64,000 nt of DNA. Source: a virus. Lineage: Duplodnaviria > Caudoviricetes. Positions 19,223 through 30,474 of the stretch are shown in pieces. The notes beneath the pieces are model-generated. The model saw nothing but the letters and a program-made list of their open reading frames with translations, was not told where the DNA came from and searched no databases. Where the stretch lies: IMG/VR virus record IMGVR_UViG_3300043812_000016, positions 79,483 to 143,482 of that record. One strand, written 5' to 3'. The position numbers and the translations under genes are program-made. How positions within the stretch are numbered: position 1 is the first letter of the stretch; each line of letters starts with the position of its first letter.

Positions 19223-19290
19223 TATAATTCCCTCTTTCAGAACTACATTAAGAGTAGAATAAAAGCAATTCTGTTATACAATGTAGAATA

Positions 19291-22200
19291 ATGAAAGGGG
19301 GATTTTTTGTGGGTCAAAAGATCAATATACCCTCACAAAATCAACCGTTTAGAAAGCAATCTTCTCTAGGTGGAGATGTTAGCTTTCGGAATTTAAACGG
19401 AACAAATGATAATTCATTTATTACTTTAGCTAAGGTAACAAAAGTTTATTATAAACAAGGTAAATTAGATTTTAAATTAACTAATACTGTTTCTATTGTA
19501 CAAGAGCAGGGTGGAGACGGTTCTGGGTCTGCTCCAATTCCTGTTGACTTCTTTGGGCGTAAACCAGACGGTCAAGTTTTTGGTCATTACCGTCCAGTTA
19601 AAGTTGGAGACTTAATTGCAATCGCTTATATCAATGGTCACCGTTCTAACCCAATTGTAATTGGTGTTTATCCCGATTCTGCACCAGATTATGAATTGAT
19701 TTCACCATCAATGTTTGAAACTGGTGATGATAATGACTCTGGGATTGCTGAGACTGGTTTAGCTGAACAAAAGGTTTATCCGTCTATGCAGACTAGTTAT
19801 CGTTCTGGTTCGGGAACAATTGCAGAAGCTTTAAATGGTCATTCTTTCTTAATCTTAGATGATGAAACAGCTAATCAATATGACCAGCTTTGGACTGATT
19901 ATGAGTCTGTTGGTTTCTTTAACCATAATGGAGAAACAACTAACCCATTAAAAGAAGAAGCTGGTAGCTGGTTATTAGTTCACGAGGATAATCCAGACGG
20001 TGATGGTGATGGTCACCGTACTCGTTTCTATGTTAATCCTAAAGGTGAAATTCAAATTGTCCTTATGGGTTCTGACTCAGAGGGTGATGTTTCTGTATTA
20101 GAAGGTTCTCGTAAAGACGGGTTTACTCTTAAGCATTATAACGATCTTTCATCAATTAAAGCTGGTGATAAGGGGCAAGATGTTTATAATCCAGACTTTG
20201 ACGTTGCTAAGAAATACGTAGAGCTTAATATTGGTAAAGATCAGTCTATTCTTATGCAAGCTGTAGACCAAGGCTTTTCTGGTGGTAATACTAGTCTTAC
20301 AGTTAAGCCAGATGGTGTTTACTTAAACGATAAGCCTTTAAATGCAAGCATTACAGACTCGGTAAGAGAACATAGTAAAGAAGTAGCAGACGCTATTTCT
20401 AAAGATTTAACCTCTACTAAAGAGTGGGAGGACTTTGATAAGCGGGTTACTCAAGCTGGTAAGGACGCTAAAGACGCTGGTGATAAAGCTAAGCAAGCTG
20501 GTGAAGATGCTAAGCAAGCTGGTATCAGCGCAGAAAAAGCAGGAGAAGACGCTAAGAAAACTGGTGAGGATATTAAGCGTCACGTTATTTACTATGCTTC
20601 TGCTTTCCCTCAAGGAGATCATTACATTCCGGGTAAGTATTTAGCAATTAATACTGAAACTTATATTGCTAATGGTATTATTAAGTCTGCGATGATTGAA
20701 GATGGGGCTATTGATAATGCTAAGATTGCTTATGAAGCTGTTGGTAGTTCACAGATTGAAGACTTGGCTGTTACTCGTGGTAAATTAGCATACATGGCTG
20801 TTGGAACTGCTCAAATTGAAGATCTTGCTGTATCTGATGAAAAAGTAGACCACCTTTCCTTTAATCATATGGAGGGGGAATTATTAGATGCCCATAAGAT
20901 TAGAGTTCGTAATCTTTCGGGTGATAGTATTTCTGCTAAAACTCTTACTGCTGATAAATTAATTATTGGTGAATTAGGGGATATTACAGATAAGTTAGGA
21001 ACCATTGCTGATGGTAAGATTATTGTTAAAGGTAATGGCAAAAATTCAGGGGTTTCATTAGAGGGACTAGACGCAGATAACCCCGATGTTTATACTCCAA
21101 GTAAGAAAGCTATTTTAGCTAATATTGTCAAGGCTATTAGGTCTAGTGCTTTGGCTAGTTTAGACTACGCTAAGCAAGTAGGTTTAAGTAATGATCCCGT
21201 AGCAATAGATTTACAGAATAAATATAACGCAATGGTTGACGGTTTAGCTCCTATCTTTAATGATATGACTGCTACTACTAACTTTGACCATAATACAGTT
21301 GAGAAATTAACATCTGATTGTAATAATGCAATTGATAAATTCCAAAACCTTGCCAATAGTCAATTAAATCGTAAGATTGGGCAAACCGCTGATAATAAGA
21401 ATTCTGTTTATCAAGGCTATGAACAGCCTGCTAATCCACACATTAATGATATATGGTTCCAAGAGAATTCAGACGGAACTTATCAGATTAGAGTTTACGA
21501 TGGCGGATCTTGGATTAGTCCCGGTATGCAGGATATTAAAGAAGTACAAGAGTCACTACAAAACCTACCCCGTTCTTATTATCAAGCTTCTGCACCTACT
21601 GGTAATATTTCAGCCGGCAGTACATGGTATAAGCTAGAAAGAGGATCAGATGGTAATTACACCTATACTCCTTATAAGTGGGAGAATAAGCAATGGGTTA
21701 AGATGCTATCTAGTGATCAAGTAGTAGCTTCTCGTGATATTCGAAGTTTGCAGGATGACTTAAAAGACGTTAATGGTAATCTTACTAAGTTAAATAATCA
21801 GGTAATATATGATAAAACAAATATTCAAGCAGACTATAATGGTAAAATAGAAGCTGTTAACAATGTTGTTAATAGTAATAAAGCAACTACTGATAAGGCA
21901 TTAAGTGATAACCTTAGTACTGCTAAAGGATATGCAGATGATAGGGCTAATGGGGCTTTAGCTAGTGCTACTAAATATGTAGATACACAGCTTAAAATTA
22001 GTAAGGAAGGACTAGAGTCACAGATTTTAGGTACTGGTGGGGGAGTAAACCTTGCTCTAGCATCTGATAGTGATTGGTCTGTTCCAGCTTCTGGTGCTTA
22101 TATTGGTGATTCTAATAAATGTATAGAGCTTTCTCGTTATGTATTGGATGGGGATAACTTTAGTAAAGGTGATACTATTACTTATTCAGTTCATCTAAGT

Positions 22201-24771
22201 TTTAGCGGTATTAAAGGTAATAACCCGACAATGACACTACAGTCTGTTCTTTCTAACAATGACTGGAGCCATGCTATTTATCCTAATTGTAATATTAATG
22301 CAATTACCCAAAACAGTAATTATGAAGTTACTCTTAAAGGAACAGCTACTCTAGATCCATTCCCTACAGCACTGGGTACTTATATCTTACAAATTAGATT
22401 TGACCATATTACTGCTGGTACAGTTAAATATTGTAAGGTTAAGATTGAAAAGGGTAGTGTTGCTACCCCTTATGTTGCTAGTGATACCAGCTATCGTTCT
22501 TTGATTAAAGCTACAGACAGTAAAATTGAAGGTGCTGTAATGAAAGGCACTGACTATGCGGGTATGGTCATTACTCCAGAACACGGTTTTACTGCTGTTG
22601 CTAATAACATGAACTTTACTCTTAATAAGACTGCTGGTTTTGTTATTAACAATAAGAGCGACAATATATTTAAGGTTGATCCTAGTGGTAACTTAACCAT
22701 GAAAGGAAATCTTGTTGCTGGTAACATTTCGGGGGTAAACTTTACTGGACAAAGCCTTAACCTAGCTGGTTCATTGAACGTATCTGGATCTATTTTATCT
22801 AGTAGTGGTAATGTAGCTATTAGCTCTAATGGTATTACCATTAAAGATGGTGGATTAAAAATTGTTAATGATCAAGGTGAAACTACTACCATGATTAAAG
22901 ACAATGGTACCTTTGTTACTAATAAAGGTTTCTTTAGTGGTTCTATTACTGGTAGTAATATTGTTCTAAATGGTAATGATGGTTCTAAAATCTCTGCTAG
23001 TGGTGGTGCTTTTAGTGTAGACGGTTTTGGTAATGTTACTGCAAACTCAATTAAAATTACTGGTAACCGTAAGGATGACGTATCTAATCAAGCTCTGATA
23101 AAGGGGGCTAGTATTACAGACGGTAATATTATTAAAGGTAATTTAATCGAGGGTAATAATATTATTGGTAACCGGATTCAATCATCTGAATTTATGACTT
23201 CTACTCGTGAGTACTCTAATGGATCCTACTATCCAATTTCTGGGTCTATCTATACGCCATCATTTCTTATTGAAGATTCTGGTAATATTAGTGTACATAC
23301 TGTCTTTCCTCAAGCCTTTTCTACCATTGCTCGAATTGGATCTAATAAAGGGGTTGACGGTCCCTATGTAAACATTACCCATGAAGCATTTGACCGTAGT
23401 ACTTTGTCTGGATCTTTCGGGTATGGTAAAGGCTATGAATATCCAGTTCCATATTTATATGGTCATCAAGGGGGAATGGTAGAGTATCCTGTTAATTCTA
23501 ATGAATTAAGTATTGTTTATATGAATGATATTAGTAGGTCTGAATATAATGGTTATGGATTATATGATGGCTATAAATATACTGAGATAGCAACAATTAA
23601 TGATATTGTACAAAAGTATAAGTCTAAGATAGGGCGAATCAAGTTTAACTTTGGTATTGTTTGTACTTATGGTAGCTATGATACTTCAGGGGGTACTACA
23701 GTGGCTGGAGGATACCATGATTTGTATGTTGTATTAACTACTGGAAGGATTAATGAAAATGATACTTATCATGTAGACTTTGATGGAAAAACTTTTAATA
23801 ATGTAAAAAATAATATTAAGATTAAAATGACATCTAAGAAGGTTTTAACTGGTGTCGGGGGATTGTCTTATTATAATTTGTATGCTGAACTATCGACTAA
23901 GGATTTAGATTTAGCTAATACCTATTATTTAGGAGTATTGCAAAAAGGATTTATAAAAGACTCCAGAGAGTCCCTTGCTAACCATACATGGAAGATTCAA
24001 ATTGATGAGATGGCAATAATTCCAGAGGGCGATATTCTTGATGATCAAGGTTATTATGTTCCTACTGCGGGTGGGAGTTATCGAGATCTTACAATATCGG
24101 CTAACGGATCAATTATTACCCATGAAGACGATATTGGAGTACAAACTACTTCTGAATATAATAGTAGGTACCTTTCTTTTGCAGTAAGTACTGATGGGCA
24201 GAGTCCAATGCCTTATTGGACGACTATAAATGCAGATGGTATTGGGTTCTCTATTGGTAATAATAATAGCTCTACCGATGGTAATGGTAACCCTAATGGC
24301 TTAGCTACCCGACAGTGTATTTATTTCTCTGGAGACTCTAACCAAAATGGGATGTCAATGGATAACTATGGTAATGTTCACGGACAGGTATGGTCTGGAG
24401 CTTGGAAAGTTTACAATAATCAGGGTGACGAGGTATTTAATGTGCCATTTGATCCTAATGGTGTGTTTAATTTTTATGTACCTAGAGTAAATAAAAATCA
24501 AGATCCGGGTCATAAATGGGGAGGTCTAAAGATTGGTTGGGTTTACTTTGACCAACCACAATATAGATGGGCTGAAACGGTTCCTGCTATTTATAATACC
24601 GGAGGGAGAGTTAAGGGTTTTGCCATGTTTGACCAGTATCTTATTTCTTTTGTGGATGGTTGGTGTTACCAATTATCATCTTGGTGGAATCATGGTGTCC
24701 CTAATGGCGTTGATAGTTCAAAAGGTGAGGCAGAAGGAACAAATACAGACGCTGGTCATAGAGGTGTCTAA
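19291..24771 (+). CDS. Central tail spike / fibre protein
   Basis: N-terminal OB-like LAKVTKVYY...GDLIAIAY...PIVIGVYP; heptad and I..xA(I/V) repeats; CBM-like segment; Gly/Ser-rich beta region. True start may be GTG 19309. Confidence 0.8.
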   Translation: MKGGFFVGQKINIPSQNQPFRKQSSLGGDVSFRNLNGTNDNSFITLAKVTKVYYKQGKLDFKLTNTVSIVQEQGGDGSGSAPIPVDFFGRKPDGQVFGHYRPVKVGDLIAIAYINGHRSNPIVIGVYPDSAPDYELISPSMFETGDDNDSGIAETGLAEQKVYPSMQTSYRSGSGTIAEALNGHSFLILDDETANQYDQLWTDYESVGFFNHNGETTNPLKEEAGSWLLVHEDNPDGDGDGHRTRFYVNPKGEIQIVLMGSDSEGDVSVLEGSRKDGFTLKHYNDLSSIKAGDKGQDVYNPDFDVAKKYVELNIGKDQSILMQAVDQGFSGGNTSLTVKPDGVYLNDKPLNASITDSVREHSKEVADAISKDLTSTKEWEDFDKRVTQAGKDAKDAGDKAKQAGEDAKQAGISAEKAGEDAKKTGEDIKRHVIYYASAFPQGDHYIPGKYLAINTETYIANGIIKSAMIEDGAIDNAKIAYEAVGSSQIEDLAVTRGKLAYMAVGTAQIEDLAVSDEKVDHLSFNHMEGELLDAHKIRVRNLSGDSISAKTLTADKLIIGELGDITDKLGTIADGKIIVKGNGKNSGVSLEGLDADNPDVYTPSKKAILANIVKAIRSSALASLDYAKQVGLSNDPVAIDLQNKYNAMVDGLAPIFNDMTATTNFDHNTVEKLTSDCNNAIDKFQNLANSQLNRKIGQTADNKNSVYQGYEQPANPHINDIWFQENSDGTYQIRVYDGGSWISPGMQDIKEVQESLQNLPRSYYQASAPTGNISAGSTWYKLERGSDGNYTYTPYKWENKQWVKMLSSDQVVASRDIRSLQDDLKDVNGNLTKLNNQVIYDKTNIQADYNGKIEAVNNVVNSNKATTDKALSDNLSTAKGYADDRANGALASATKYVDTQLKISKEGLESQILGTGGGVNLALASDSDWSVPASGAYIGDSNKCIELSRYVLDGDNFSKGDTITYSVHLSFSGIKGNNPTMTLQSVLSNNDWSHAIYPNCNINAITQNSNYEVTLKGTATLDPFPTALGTYILQIRFDHITAGTVKYCKVKIEKGSVATPYVASDTSYRSLIKATDSKIEGAVMKGTDYAGMVITPEHGFTAVANNMNFTLNKTAGFVINNKSDNIFKVDPSGNLTMKGNLVAGNISGVNFTGQSLNLAGSLNVSGSILSSSGNVAISSNGITIKDGGLKIVNDQGETTTMIKDNGTFVTNKGFFSGSITGSNIVLNGNDGSKISASGGAFSVDGFGNVTANSIKITGNRKDDVSNQALIKGASITDGNIIKGNLIEGNNIIGNRIQSSEFMTSTREYSNGSYYPISGSIYTPSFLIEDSGNISVHTVFPQAFSTIARIGSNKGVDGPYVNITHEAFDRSTLSGSFGYGKGYEYPVPYLYGHQGGMVEYPVNSNELSIVYMNDISRSEYNGYGLYDGYKYTEIATINDIVQKYKSKIGRIKFNFGIVCTYGSYDTSGGTTVAGGYHDLYVVLTTGRINENDTYHVDFDGKTFNNVKNNIKIKMTSKKVLTGVGGLSYYNLYAELSTKDLDLANTYYLGVLQKGFIKDSRESLANHTWKIQIDEMAIIPEGDILDDQGYYVPTAGGSYRDLTISANGSIITHEDDIGVQTTSEYNSRYLSFAVSTDGQSPMPYWTTINADGIGFSIGNNNSSTDGNGNPNGLATRQCIYFSGDSNQNGMSMDNYGNVHGQVWSGAWKVYNNQGDEVFNVPFDPNGVFNFYVPRVNKNQDPGHKWGGLKIGWVYFDQPQYRWAETVPAIYNTGGRVKGFAMFDQYLISFVDGWCYQLSSWWNHGVPNGVDSSKGEAEGTNTDAGHRGV

Positions 24772-24826
24772 ATCTGACTAAATTTGTGTTATAATAGGGA
24801 TAGCCTATAAATGGAGGAAGATATAA

Positions 24827-25201
24827 GTGTCTAAACTGCTAATTAATAAGAGTGTAGAAGAACACCAAGAATTAGATAGTAATAACCAAGTAACCATTAA
24901 AAAGAGCGTTACTTTAGACGGAACAGTTATTGACGAACAAACAGGTAATACTTTAATGAATATGCGTACTACCCTATTGGGAGATGGTGCAACACCTCAA
25001 ACCCTTGTATATGGTGGGGAAGATAGTATTGTCGGATTTAATGATGATGGTACTGTTCGTATAGCTTCTGCTACAAAAGAAGAGCGTGATAAAAATCTAG
25101 TAAAGTTTCGTGCTAGGGCTATTAAGGAACAAAAAGAATTATCTAAAGAAAATGGAATTGATCCTAGTGTTGTTAATAACTATGGAGACGAACTTAAGTA
25201 A
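24827..25201 (+). CDS. Hypothetical protein (possible fibre chaperone)
   Basis: GGAGG SD; directly downstream of the fibre gene. Confidence 0.6.
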   Translation: MSKLLINKSVEEHQELDSNNQVTIKKSVTLDGTVIDEQTGNTLMNMRTTLLGDGATPQTLVYGGEDSIVGFNDDGTVRIASATKEERDKNLVKFRARAIKEQKELSKENGIDPSVVNNYGDELK

Positions 25202-25219
25202 GAATAGGAGAGATATAAT

Positions 25220-25456
25220 ATGAATAATAATCAAGCAGGACAACAAAACAACCCTATGAATGTAGATGCTAATGCACTTTTAGACGATTATAAGAAACAA
25301 GTGGGAGATCTTGATTTAAACGTTAAGATTAAAGATATTCAAATTAAAAACTACCAAAAAGAAAATCAACGTTTGCGGGAACAGGCTAAGTCTTTACAAG
25401 AGCAAATTAATACTTTATCTGGAAAAGATGAAAAGTCTAGTAAGGATAAAAAATAA
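25220..25456 (+). CDS. Small coiled-coil protein
   Basis: AGGAG SD; heptad pattern. Confidence 0.6.
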   Translation: MNNNQAGQQNNPMNVDANALLDDYKKQVGDLDLNVKIKDIQIKNYQKENQRLREQAKSLQEQINTLSGKDEKSSKDKK

Positions 25457-25644
25457 TGTTAAAAGATAAATTAGAAGCTGAACAAGAACAATTAGACGCT
25501 AAGGTTAAGAAACTTGAAGCATTCTTAACTGATAAAGAAAAATTAAAAGATCTTAAGTTCAAACAAATTCAGTTATTGCATAAGCAACTTTCGGGAATGA
25601 AAACTTACTTAGAAGCCTTAATGGAACGAATTAAGAACTTATGA
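25456..25644 (+). CDS. Small helical phage protein (L..E..QL..K..KL..F...Q..LL..QL..M..Y...L..RI family)
   Basis: Recognisable motif; coupled. Confidence 0.65.
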   Translation: MLKDKLEAEQEQLDAKVKKLEAFLTDKEKLKDLKFKQIQLLHKQLSGMKTYLEALMERIKNL

Positions 25645-25711
25645 TATTAAGGGCAGGTTAATTACCTGTCCTTTTTATATTAAAAGCAGTAAATACTAAG
25701 TAGGTGATATA

Positions 25712-26296
25712 ATGGCAATGGCTGATGGTCGTTATTACCTAGATCGGTGTGCTTTTAGAATACTAAATAGTGATGGTTCACAACGAAATCGCTTTGACTT
25801 TTCAATTAACCCACAATCAATCCAAGAGCAAACACAAGCCCGTACAGCTTATATGAATACTAAGGATTGGGGAACTGTTCAGAACTTTGGTATGGGTCAA
25901 AAGTCAATTACTATTTCTGGTACAACTGGTTGGCAACATGGTTTAGGTATAGATCAAGCATGGCAATTAAAATCTTTTTTAGACACATATTTAAATAATT
26001 ATCCGACTGGAACCGAGGATAACCACCCTGTTCTAGTCTTTGATAACTATACTGATAACTACTCTTATAAGGTTGCTATTTCACCATCTGGCTATCAATT
26101 TAGTCAAGACGTATCGCAAGCAATCCTTATTAAGTACACAATTAATATGATTGTAGTTGGTAACACAGACCAAGCGTCTGCTAGTGATCGTACTAATACA
26201 TTAATAGGTAGACCCGGTGAGGGTGGGATGACAGATGGTAATATGAGTAATGCTACTAGCTCTGTGATTGCTAGTTTAAGGAGGGATATAAGATAG
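25712..26296 (+). CDS. Baseplate / tube-initiator structural protein
   Basis: F.INPQ...R....T....VQ.FG....ITISGTTG motif; position. Confidence 0.7.
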   Translation: MAMADGRYYLDRCAFRILNSDGSQRNRFDFSINPQSIQEQTQARTAYMNTKDWGTVQNFGMGQKSITISGTTGWQHGLGIDQAWQLKSFLDTYLNNYPTGTEDNHPVLVFDNYTDNYSYKVAISPSGYQFSQDVSQAILIKYTINMIVVGNTDQASASDRTNTLIGRPGEGGMTDGNMSNATSSVIASLRRDIR

Positions 26297-26838
26297 TGAC
26301 AGGTAAGAATAATTATTTTGACCCAATTACACTAGACGAATACTTTTTATATTCCTTACCAGATATTACGTCTGATAATCGTTTAATTATTCCCGAATTG
26401 CAACTAAAAACATTTAATGGACTAGCTAATCAACCACAACTACAGGTGTCTGAATTAACTAAGATGTTTCAGTATTATACCTTATCTTATTTACCAATCT
26501 TCTTTGGTAAGACACCAGCAGACAGATCTTTTACTAATAAGTTAGCTCATACTAAGATGTTTTCTTATAAACCGGGAGCCTATAAGTTATTAAATGCAGT
26601 TTATCTTGAAATTAGATCATTAACTTGGCACTTAGATAATGCACCAGATTTAATTCAGTACATCAGTAAAAAGGATATTGTTCGTATTCGTTATAATTTA
26701 AGAGTAATGGCTGACTGGTGTGGAGACTATACAGAGTATGTAGATTTTATTCCAAAGCTAAGACAGTTAGAAGTTGACCTAGGTTTTATTGAGAATAAGC
26801 TTAATTATATTGTTAACCATTATGGCTATACAAAGTAA
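26296..26838 (+). CDS. Virion structural protein (baseplate module)
   Basis: Synteny with Twort-like baseplate operon. Confidence 0.55.
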   Translation: MTGKNNYFDPITLDEYFLYSLPDITSDNRLIIPELQLKTFNGLANQPQLQVSELTKMFQYYTLSYLPIFFGKTPADRSFTNKLAHTKMFSYKPGAYKLLNAVYLEIRSLTWHLDNAPDLIQYISKKDIVRIRYNLRVMADWCGDYTEYVDFIPKLRQLEVDLGFIENKLNYIVNHYGYTK

Positions 26839-26850
26839 GGTGGTGAGATT

Positions 26851-27558
26851 TTGAGTGCTTATAAACATTACGTAATTCAAGAGGGAGATACAATCCAGAC
26901 AATTGCCTTTAAGCTTTATCAAGATATGGAGCAATGGCATACGCTAGTTAATCTTAATCATTTAGAATACCCCTACATTGTTGACACTCCACAAGAAAAG
27001 ATGGGAAATCCAGAACATCTTTTAACTCGTGGAGATCGAATGCTATTACCTAATGACCAAGATACTTGGCAAAGAGCAAGCGAAAATAAGATTATTGAGT
27101 CTAATACCGCTCACTATCAGCCAGCCTATTATGATACTGTTTTAGGTATGGACCTTGCCTTAAATGTTAATACTGATGGTCATATGGACGAGGCTTTTGG
27201 GATTTTAGACTCAGACGGACACCAACCTAATACTGTGGTAGGAATACAAAACTTAAAGCAGAGTTTAATCTTACGAATTTTAACACGTAAGGGTACACTT
27301 TTATTTCACCCCGAATATGGCTCTCTATTGCCCGATATGCTCGGTAAGCAGATGAATAGGCAATTGCTCATGGATGCTAAAAATGAGCTTAGACGCACGC
27401 TCACGTCCGATCCACGAGTAAAGAATGCAACAGTAACGTCTGCTAAGATGTCATATACCTCGATGTTCTTAACGGCAGATATTACACCAATTGGCTCAGA
27501 CAGGACTTTTAATCTTTACCTTTACCAATCAGAAAACGGAGAAATTTCAATTAGATAG
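26851..27558 (+). CDS. Baseplate wedge protein, LysM + gp25-like
   Basis: YVIQEGDTIQTIA (LysM); G..NLKQ....R..T..G....HPEYGS...DPRV (gp25). Confidence 0.85.
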   Translation: MSAYKHYVIQEGDTIQTIAFKLYQDMEQWHTLVNLNHLEYPYIVDTPQEKMGNPEHLLTRGDRMLLPNDQDTWQRASENKIIESNTAHYQPAYYDTVLGMDLALNVNTDGHMDEAFGILDSDGHQPNTVVGIQNLKQSLILRILTRKGTLLFHPEYGSLLPDMLGKQMNRQLLMDAKNELRRTLTSDPRVKNATVTSAKMSYTSMFLTADITPIGSDRTFNLYLYQSENGEISIR

Positions 27559-27571
27559 GGAGTGACGAAGG

Positions 27572-29005
27572 TTGGCAATTGATACATCAGCAGATACTAC
27601 ACAAATAGATAAAAATGGTTTTGCTTTTCGGAAAGCTAGTCAAATTATTCAATCAGAAATTGATCAAGTTAGAACTCATACTGATTTGATTAATGACTTT
27701 AGCACTGGTTCGATTACTCGTACTTTAATCGAAGCCGAAGCAATTGAAATTGAAAAACTTTATTATTACACATTAGAAAACCTACAGAAGTCGATTGATG
27801 ACGCAGTAACTTCGGCTTTCGGCTTTACACATAAGAGTGCAACTTATGCTTTTGGTGACGTTTTTGTTCGACTTAACGGGACTTTACAGCAGGATTTAGT
27901 AGTAGATCGTGGTACTCGTTTTTATTCCACTAACCCTAATTATGAACAAGTATATAGGACAATGGTTCCTTATCGTGTTCCTAAAGGAGCTAAGTCATTT
28001 ACTATTCCAGTTTATTGTACTGTAATTGGTTCTTATGGTAACATTCCAGATCGGGTAATTGATCGTACAACTGATATTGGTGGAATTGCAGAAGTCTATA
28101 ATCCTGAGGCTTTTAATACAGGTGAAGACGAGGAGAATCCACAACAGGCTAAAGTTCGATTTAGACAGATGATCCAGTCTCTAGCTCGTGGTACTAATCA
28201 GTCCTTAAAATATATTGCAGAAAGCGTTCCGGGGGTTGCTGGTGCTAATGTCTATGAATCTACCTACGGAGCGGTAGTTGTTTATGCACATGACGCTAAT
28301 GGAAACTTGAGTGATGATCTTAAACAGCAGATTGCTGATCGGTTAGTTAATTATAAACCAGCAGGAATTAAAGTCATGGTTTATCCAACCCATAAATCTG
28401 TAGTTGCTCTTGACGTTACTGTTAGAGTAGATAATTCAGACTTATTAACTAATGACTTTCTGGCTTTAATTAAACAAAATCTCGCTAATTACATTAACTC
28501 GCTTACTGTAGGTGAGCCTCTATATAAGGCAAACATTATTCAAAAAGTAATGGATACTGACGATTTAGGTTTACTTGATACGACAGTGGACGTTAAAGTC
28601 TATCCAGATAGAAAGATGTTAAATAACCCCGGAATTAGTGATGATACAATTATTAATATCAAGGGTGCAGAAGTAAAACAACCTTACCTTAGACCTACTG
28701 ATATTACCCAAGATGGGACTTATGGTATTTTAGGTCGTAAGTCTAATAAGCTTACTGAACAAGACGGGGTGAGCTGGAAAGATTCTATTGTAAAGGATAA
28801 ACAACCAGAGCAAGATGAGATTACAGAGGGTTTAGATATAGATGATGTATACCGAACTAATTCAAATGAAATCTTACGTCTGGCTATCTGTAATATTAAG
28901 TTCAAACAAGAAGCTAATGAAGCAGACCCAACAGTTTTAATCAATGACAAAGCACCACAAGATGATTCCTTGCCTAGTGTACTAGCTAATGGAATTGGTA
29001 AATAG
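27572..29005 (+). CDS. Baseplate J-like protein
   Basis: NDFSTGSITRTL, G..GN, TGEDEE....RF, YKPAGI. Confidence 0.85.
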   Translation: MAIDTSADTTQIDKNGFAFRKASQIIQSEIDQVRTHTDLINDFSTGSITRTLIEAEAIEIEKLYYYTLENLQKSIDDAVTSAFGFTHKSATYAFGDVFVRLNGTLQQDLVVDRGTRFYSTNPNYEQVYRTMVPYRVPKGAKSFTIPVYCTVIGSYGNIPDRVIDRTTDIGGIAEVYNPEAFNTGEDEENPQQAKVRFRQMIQSLARGTNQSLKYIAESVPGVAGANVYESTYGAVVVYAHDANGNLSDDLKQQIADRLVNYKPAGIKVMVYPTHKSVVALDVTVRVDNSDLLTNDFLALIKQNLANYINSLTVGEPLYKANIIQKVMDTDDLGLLDTTVDVKVYPDRKMLNNPGISDDTIINIKGAEVKQPYLRPTDITQDGTYGILGRKSNKLTEQDGVSWKDSIVKDKQPEQDEITEGLDIDDVYRTNSNEILRLAICNIKFKQEANEADPTVLINDKAPQDDSLPSVLANGIGK

Positions 29006-29017
29006 GAGGTGTAGGTT

Positions 29018-30372
29018 ATGAGTATTGCTAATAACTTACATCCATTATGGAAAGGTGCACTAAGAGGTTATAATAAACCTACAGGGGAAGTTAATGATGC
29101 TCTGATTAATGCACTCCAGTATGAAGGTAGATCGGGCAGAAGCTAGTATGTATTCGACTAAGATTGATTCTTATTTAGATACTGCTAGGGGTGTTTGGCT
29201 TGATTACTGGGGTAGCTGGTTAGGGTTACAGCGTTTAAGCGGTGAGAATGATTATACTTACCGTGAAAAGTTAAAACACCATGTTTTGCATAGTCGAAGT
29301 ACTAATAATAGTATTAGAGAGGCTCTTGCTAATTATTTACATACTAATGTAGGTAATATCTATATCTATGAGCCTTATCGTGATATGTTTATCTGGAATT
29401 CCAGCAAGTGGAATACTTACAAATTTTATCCTTCTACTTATTACCGCTATGCAGTAATTGACGTTCAGATTGATTCTCCGATTAATACAATTGCTGGTGA
29501 GATTATTAACCTGTTTAGACCTGCTGGGAGTTATCTGGGTTATTACCTCCTTAGTTAATGTATTAAATACTAAAGCGCCAATTATTGACTTTACTGCTTA
29601 TGATAAATACAACTTTGTAACCGAAGATGTTGATTATATTGGGTTTACTGAAAGAGACGCTAATTATATTCTCCCTAATTTTGATCGAACTATCCATGTA
29701 ACTGATCCATTTATTTATAACGATAGCTTGTTAAACGGAGGAAAGAAATATTATACTCCCGGTGGTTTTCATAATATGATTTGGCTTGGTAAGGTTTTAA
29801 AGGATTACCAACCAACTCAAACCTTAGATACAGGACAATCAAAATCATTTGTAGAAATGCTACCATTACAAGATTATAATGCAATGTCAAGAATTGATAG
29901 CTTATCTAAGGACTTTGAATATAATTCCCTAGGTATTGGTGGAGGAATTGATTTCTATACTTTCTTAGGGGGTAATTTAACTGGTAATACTCCTAAGCAA
30001 GCAGTACTTAATAAATTAGATAAATTCCCAATCAAGACTCTTGCTACCTATATGAAAGTTAATGGTATAGGCAGTAAACAAACAATTCACCCCTATGTAT
30101 ATGACTTTATTAATAATATGTGGGTAAAGTTTTCTGACTATGAATTAAGTTCAAAATATAAGCTATACCGAATTAGCTTTAATACATTGAAACCTTACCT
30201 TAATAATAATGGAATTATGTATGTTAAGTTTATGTTCGATACTCAGTCTTCCATTTCTGTAGATTACTTTGGTTTTGATTATGAAGACGACAGTGTTGGA
30301 GTAATGAGAATGGGATCGATTGATGGTCAATTTAAGATGGGTGCATATACACAAGATCGATATAATGATTAA
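29018..30372 (+). CDS. Baseplate wedge (gpI-like) protein; two apparent +1 errors
   Basis: YLDTA.G.WLDYWG...G..R..E.D..YR; RPAGV; joins by removing one G at ~29125 and one at ~29527. Confidence 0.75.
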
Positions 30373-30474
30373 GAGACAGGTTAACCCCTGTCTTTTTAGA
30401 TTCAACTATATTAAAGCAAGACAAAAGAGACTTTCTAGTATACTAAGAAAGAATAAATTAAAGGAGTAATTAAA

